Shown: positions 39,801 to 44,265 of the stretch, piece by piece
Position numbering within the stretch: the first letter of the stretch is position 1
Layout: the number at the start of each line of letters is the position of its first letter
Virus record (IMG/VR): IMGVR_UViG_2877973648_000002
Span: 1 to 44,265 of that record
Reading direction: 5' to 3' (one strand)
DNA length: 44,265 nucleotides
Source of the DNA: a virus
Taxonomy: Duplodnaviria; Heunggongvirae; Uroviricota; Caudoviricetes
Translations under genes and position numbers: made by a program
Notes under the pieces: generated by a model
The model's input: the letters and a program-made list of their open reading frames with translations, nothing else
Database searches by the model: none
What the model was told of the DNA's origin: nothing

Positions 39801-40383
39801 GGCTTATCCGTCAGGCGTGATCCCTGATATGCGTGGCTGGACGATTAAGGGCAAACCTGCCAGTGGTCGGGCCGTATTGTCTCAGGAACAGGACGGCATT
39901 AAATCGCATACCCACAGCGCCAGCGCATCCAGTACGGATTTGGGGACGAAAACCACATCGTCGTTTGATTACGGCACTAAATCCACGAATAACACTGGTG
40001 CGCATACCCATAGTTTAAGTGGCAGCACGAATGCAGCTGGTAATCACAGCCATAGAGATGGCCGTCGATTTAACCCCAGTGTTTTTAAAGATACTTATCA
40101 ATATGGTTATACAAGCTCAGGTCAAAATACCTGGGATGTACAAGGCTCAGTAGGTATGTCTACGGGGTGGTTAGCTAATACCAGTACAGATGGTAATCAT
40201 AGCCACTCACTGTCCGGCACAGCAGCATCTGCAGGTGCACACGCGCATACTGTCGGTATTGGTGCTCATACGCACTCCGTTGCGATTGGTTCACATGGAC
40301 ACACCATCACCGTTAACGCTGCTGGTAACGCGGAAAACACCGTCAAAAACATCGCATTTAACTATATTGTGAGGCTTGCATAA
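36853..40383 (+). CDS. stf: Side tail fiber protein
   Basis: Starts [27 protein letters not shown] as recalled for StfR/StfQ; long Ala/Ser-rich degenerate repeats; two copies of [15 protein letters not shown](S/T)LAATPKAVK; His-rich C-terminus. Confidence 0.85.
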   Translation: MAVKISGVLKDGTGKPVQNCTIQLKAKRNSTTVVVNTLASENPDEAGRYSMDVEYGQYSVILLVEGFPPSHAGTITVYEDSRPGTLNDFLGAMTEDDARPEALRRFELMVEEVARNASAVAQNTAAAKKSASDASTSAREAATHATDAAGSARAASTSAGQAASSAQSASSSAGTASTKATEALKSAAAAESSKSAAATSAGAAKTSETNAAASQQSAATSASTATTKASEAATSARDASASKEAAKSSETNASSSASSAASSATAAGNSAKAAKTSETNARSSETAAGQSASAAAGSKTAAASSASAASTSAGQASASATAAGKSAESAASSASTATTKAGEATEQATAAARSASAAKTSETNAKASETRAESSKTAAASSASSAASSASSASASKDEATRQASAAKGSATTASTKATEAAGSATAAAQSKSTAESAATRAETAAKRAEDIASAVALEDASTTKKGIVQLSSATNSTSESLAATPKAVKAAYDLANGKYTAQDATTAQKGIVQLSSATNSTSETLAATPKAVKSAYDNAEKRLQKDQNGADIPDKGRFLNNINAVSKTDFADKRGMRYVRVNAPAGATSGKYYPVVVMRSAGSVSELASRVIITTATRTAGDPMNNCEFNGFVMPGGWTDRGRYAYGMFWQYQNNERAIHSIMMSNKGDDLRSVFYVDGAAFPVFAFIEDGLSISAPGADLVVNDTTYKFGATNPATECIAADVILDFKSGRGFYESNSLIVNDNLSCKKLFATDEIVARGGNQIRMIGGEYGALWRNDGAKTHLLLTNQGDVYGGWNTLRPFSIDNATGELVIGTKLSASLNGNALTATKLQTPRRVSGVEFDGSKDITLTAAHVAAFARRATDTYADADGGVPWNAESGAYNVTRSGDTYILVNFYTGVGSCRTLQMKAHYRNGGLFYRSSRDGYGFEEDWAEVYTSKNLPPESYPVGAPIPWPSDTVPSGYALMQGQAFDKSAYPKLAAAYPSGVIPDMRGWTIKGKPASGRAVLSQEQDGIKSHTHSASASSTDLGTKTTSSFDYGTKSTNNTGAHTHSLSGSTNAAGNHSHRDGRRFNPSVFKDTYQYGYTSSGQNTWDVQGSVGMSTGWLANTSTDGNHSHSLSGTAASAGAHAHTVGIGAHTHSVAIGSHGHTITVNAAGNAENTVKNIAFNYIVRLA

Positions 40384-40958
40384 TGGCATTCAGAATGAGT
40401 GAACAACCACGGACCATAAAAATTTATAATCTGCTGGCCGGAACTAATGAATTTATTGGTGAAGGTGATGCATATATTCCGCCTCATACAGGTCTGCCAG
40501 CAAACAGTACCGATATTGCACCGCCAGATATTCCGGCAGGCTTCGTGGCTGTTTTCAACAGTGATGAGTCATCGTGGCATCTCGTTGAAGATCATCGGGG
40601 TAAAACGGTTTATGACGTGGCTTCCGGCGACGCGTTATTTATTTCTGAACTCGGTCCGTTACCGGAAAATGTTACCTGGTTATCGCCGGAAGGAGAGTTT
40701 CAGAAGTGGAACGGCACAGCCTGGGTGAAGGATACGGAAGCAGAAAAACTGTTCCGGATCCGGGAGGCGGAAGAAATAAAAAACAACCTGATGCAGGTAG
40801 CCAGTGAGCATATTGCGCCGCTTCAGGATGCTGCAGATCTGGAAATTGCAACGGAGGAAGAAATCTCGTTGCTGGAAGCATGGAAAAAGTATCGGGTATT
40901 GCTGAACCGTGTTGATACGTCAACTTCACAGGATATTGAATGGCCAGCACTGCCGTAG
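40383..40958 (+). CDS. tfa: Tail fiber assembly protein
   Basis: 191-aa [51 protein letters not shown]... matches recalled TfaR/TfaQ. Confidence 0.85.
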   Translation: MAFRMSEQPRTIKIYNLLAGTNEFIGEGDAYIPPHTGLPANSTDIAPPDIPAGFVAVFNSDESSWHLVEDHRGKTVYDVASGDALFISELGPLPENVTWLSPEGEFQKWNGTAWVKDTEAEKLFRIREAEEIKNNLMQVASEHIAPLQDAADLEIATEEEISLLEAWKKYRVLLNRVDTSTSQDIEWPALP

Positions 40959-41055
40959 GGTAAAACATATAAATTCTATAATTAGATGTATCTTTCCATT
41001 TACGGCAAGGAAGGGGGCTTGGAAGACGTAAAGCATCTCACACCGAGATTATTTT

Positions 41056-41646
41056 TTATATGTCAGGTGTCTGAAGTTTTGCTTTGGCTCTTAAAATGGT
41101 TTGCCGCGAGGTTTTGAATTCCCGGGCAATGGCACTTATACTTACACCTGACTTAATTCGTTCGAATACCACCTGTTTCTGTTCTTCATTTAACACAGGT
41201 GGTCGACCAAAACGTTTCCCTGCGCCGCGGGCTCTTACTATCCCGGAATGAGTGCGTTCAAGTAAAAGGTCTCGTTCAAATTCAGCGACTGCTGAAATTA
41301 CTTGCATCATCATTTTTCCTGTTGGACTGGTCAGGTCAATGCCCCCCAATGCTAAGCAATGCACTCTGATACCTGTTTCGGTCAGTTGTTCCACTGTTTT
41401 CCTGATATCCATTGCATTACAACCAAGGCGATCCAGTTTTGTCACAATCAATTGATCACCACATTTCAGGCGAGCAAGCAACCGGTTAAAACCAGGACGC
41501 TCACTGGTTGCTGCTGAGCCGCTAATGTGTTCTTCGATTATTTGCTGAGGTTTGATTTTAAAACCTGCACTTTCGATTTCCCGGCGTTGATTTTCGGTGG
41601 TCTGATCCAGCGTTGATATCCGACAGTAAGCAAAAATTTGAGACAT
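41056..41646 (-). CDS. pin: Serine recombinase, Pin-type DNA invertase
   Basis: 196-aa [23 protein letters not shown]... with catalytic Ser in the N-terminal motif and C-terminal HTH; position after tfa as in Rac/Qin/e14. Confidence 0.85.
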   Translation of the reverse strand: MSQIFAYCRISTLDQTTENQRREIESAGFKIKPQQIIEEHISGSAATSERPGFNRLLARLKCGDQLIVTKLDRLGCNAMDIRKTVEQLTETGIRVHCLALGGIDLTSPTGKMMMQVISAVAEFERDLLLERTHSGIVRARGAGKRFGRPPVLNEEQKQVVFERIKSGVSISAIAREFKTSRQTILRAKAKLQTPDI

Positions 41647-41962
41647 AGTGAGACTCTATACGAAATTGGTGTTCATATCATAATGCATCTCAGAAAATAA
41701 TTATGATTATTTTTGTGCATATTTGTATGTACACGTTCGAAAATAAACGAATGCGTATGCAACCCCGTAATTTTGGTGAGACCCAAAATCGATTTTGTGA
41801 AAAATGGCTTTAACTCGGTTTGTTTTTCGAGTTCCGGGCGGACTCAAGGAAGAAGAATAGTGTTGCGTGTTATTTTAACCAGATTTCAAGTTGTTTGGTC
41901 GTGGAAAAGAGGAGCAAAATGTTGTTAAAGTGGAAAAATGATAAAAAAGTAAGTTTATTATA

Positions 41963-42196
41963 TTACATTTTACCATTTAAATTTTGGTTGTCTTTAAGAA
42001 CTGATATCGCTGTTTGTAATAATTCTTTGTTATCCAGCCATGATTTTTTCTTTATGTTTCCTTCAATGTAATCAAGCAATGTTCTGGTATTGATAGGTCT
42101 TCCCTGTTTTGCTACTTCCACTACAGCATCCCCTAGGATAATTCTTACTTCAGGAAGCTGCGCAGGGAACCACTTTAGGGTGTCTTTTGATTTCAT
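41963..42196 (-). CDS. ydfK: YdfK/YnaE-family small prophage protein
   Basis: 77 aa from the internal Met: MKSKDTLKWFPAQLPEVRIILGDAVVEVAKQGRPINTRTLLDYIEG... as recalled for YdfK/YnaE. Confidence 0.7.
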   Translation of the reverse strand: MKSKDTLKWFPAQLPEVRIILGDAVVEVAKQGRPINTRTLLDYIEGNIKKKSWLDNKELLQTAISVLKDNQNLNGKM

Positions 42197-42981
42197 GAAG
42201 ATATTCCTTAAAATATTATTGATTTTCATTGCGATATTGTATGTCTGATTCAGGATATGTTGACTTATACATCGGTTTTGTCTGGGTTATTGGATATGCC
42301 AATCCCTAATTTTATTAGGGCATGACTAAAAATGCTGAATATGATAAGGAGAGATGTGATTATCAGTATGCTGTTCATATAGCCTCGAATTAGTAATGTG
42401 TTATATATGATATAGTTGACAATTTTTATCTTGGGTGTTCTTAAAGTTCGTAGATAAACATTGTCGTTTCAGGTATACAGGAATGCTAACAGGTGGCAGC
42501 AAAAATCAGGCGGTTTATGGCGCAAGCTGAAGCGGCAACTGCAAACTATCTTATGCAGAGACTCTACACGGATTGGGTTTAAAAGTATACATAGATAACA
42601 GTTTTTATCTGAAAAAGAAAAATATCAAGGTGATATAGCCTATATGCCTTTGATGCGGAGGAATGAATGTGATGGGAGTGATGTATCTGAATAGTTGAAA
42701 AACCGCAGACACGCCTTATGCAAGAAGGTGCTGCGGTTGGCTGGTAAATTTTTCGATAGTGTGAGTATTGAATGATTTCCAGCCGTTCTTGATTTTACGC
42801 ATAAATCCATGAAAAAACTACTTATCTGTTGGGGAGTTTTTTTGGGGCATATATGGGACAGAAATAGGCCCCAGATAGACACAGAGATCGAACTTAGGAT
42901 GCTTTTTAAAAAATGCAACTATCTGAAAAAACCTAGAAAACGCCAAGGAAACCACAGGATGGGAAAAAACACCTGTGAATT

Positions 42982-44265
42982 ATGGATTTCCAGTTATATT
43001 CGCTCGGCGCAGCGTTAGTGTTTCATGAAATATTTTTTCCTGAATCATCAACGGCAATGGCGTTAATTCTGGCAATGGGAACCTACGGTGCAGGTTATGT
43101 GGCGCGTATTGTCGGAGCATTTATTTTCGGCAAAATGGGCGACAGAATAGGGCGTAAAAAAGTGCTCTTTATTACCATCACCATGATGGGGATCTGTACC
43201 ACCTTAATTGGTGTGTTACCGACCTATGCACAGATTGGTGTTTTTGCACCCATCTTGCTGGTGACGTTGCGTATTATTCAGGGGTTGGGTGCAGGTGCGG
43301 AAATTTCCGGTGCCGGTACGATGCTGGCGGAATATGCGCCAAAAGGTAAGCGCGGAATTATCTCCTCATTTGTGGCTATGGGAACTAACTGCGGAACCTT
43401 GAGCGCAACGGCAATCTGGGCCTTTATGTTCTTCATTCTCAGTAAAGAGGAACTGCTGGCGTGGGGATGGCGTATACCGTTCCTGGCGAGCGTTGTCGTG
43501 ATGGTCTTTGCTATCTGGTTGCGTATGAATCTGAAAGAAAGCCCGGTCTTTGAGAAGGTTAACGACAGTAACCAACCGACAGCAAAACCTGCACCTGCTG
43601 GTAGCATGTTCCAGAGCAAATCCTTCTGGCTGGCAACAGGGCTGCGTTTTGGTCAGGCGGGTAACTCCGGGTTAATTCAGACTTTCCTTGCAGGCTATTT
43701 AGTGCAGACGTTATTGTTTAACAAAGCAATTCCAACAGATGCATTGATGATCAGTTCGATTCTCGGCTTTATGACCATTCCGTTCCTTGGTTGGTTATCC
43801 GATAAAATTGGTCGCCGGATCCCGTATATTATTATGAATACCTCCGCGATTGTGCTGGCATGGCCAATGCTTTCTATCATTGTAGATAAAAGCTATGCCC
43901 CGAGCACCATTATGGTTGCACTGATTGTGATTCATAACTGTGCGGTGCTGGGATTATTTGCTCTGGAAAACATTACCATGGCAGAAATGTTCGGCTGTAA
44001 AAACCGCTTTACCCGGATGGCTATTTCTAAAGAAATTGGTGGTCTTATCGCTTCCGGTTTTGGTCCTATCCTGGCGGGTATTTTCTGCACCATGACGGAA
44101 TCCTGGTATCCGATCGCCATTATGATCATGGCATATTCAGTGATTGGTTTAATCTCTGCGCTGAAAATGCCAGAGGTGAAAGACCGTGATTTAAGTGCGC
44201 TGGAAGACGCTGCGGAAGATCAACCGCGTGTTGTAAGAGCTGCGCAACCTTCCAGAAGTCTGTAA
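42982..44265 (+). pseudogene. ydfJ: MFS (metabolite:H+ symporter-type) transporter gene, 3' portion lacking the first transmembrane helix; probable prophage insertion target
   Basis: ORF begins within the first conserved MFS segment (...FFPESS...GAFIFGKMGDRIGRKK), in-frame stop two codons upstream; runs to the window end; Qin disrupts ydfJ in K-12 by recollection. Confidence 0.6.

Larger units (their letters stand above)
1..42981. mobile_element. Defective lambdoid prophage (Qin/Rac-like early region, lambda-like head/tail region) integrated in an MFS transporter gene
   Basis: Integrase at the left edge, lambda-like gene order through stf-tfa-pin-ydfK, truncated MFS gene at the right edge; lysis and packaging genes absent. 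Confidence 0.8.

Noticed and set aside
41050-41700. Pin-invertible segment or crossover sites next to pin
   Set aside because: No inverted-repeat crossover sites or alternative fibre-tip cassette could be recognised by eye between tfa and pin; the invertible region appears absent or degenerate.

Overview
Almost the whole window is one defective lambdoid prophage of the E. coli Qin/Rac type, sitting in an MFS transporter gene (ydfJ-like; only the 3' part is present at 42982-44265). Calls rest on reading the supplied ORF translations and the DNA by eye and on recalled similarity to lambda, Rac/Qin, IS3 and hok/sok; no database search or computation was run. Left to right: integrase, excisionase-like gene and a RecE-like exonuclease on the minus strand; an immunity region with a CI-like repressor and palindromic operators; Cro/YdaS-like and YdaT-like genes and a replication gene; then an A+T-rich single-gene insert encoding a 495-aa P-loop NTPase of unknown function (candidate defence gene). 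A hok/sok-type toxin locus follows, cut by a complete IS3 (10779-12036) whose other flank lands inside the head-decoration gene D with no target duplication, so the nin/Q/lysis/terminase/portal region appears deleted. The most unusual feature is a ~10.9 kb integrase-bearing, satellite-like island (12564-23497) inserted site-specifically inside the lambda-like major capsid gene E, flanked by a 10-bp direct repeat. It carries a P4-type integrase, AlpA-like regulators, a primase/helicase, an iteron origin, an SSB, its own diverged E-like capsid and D-like decoration genes, a broken I-like gene and unknown cargo. Downstream the lambda-like genes FI, FII, Z, U, V, G-T, H, M, L, K, I, J, lom, stf and tfa look intact, followed by a Pin invertase and a YdfK/YnaE-like gene. 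No rRNA, tRNA or CRISPR array was seen.
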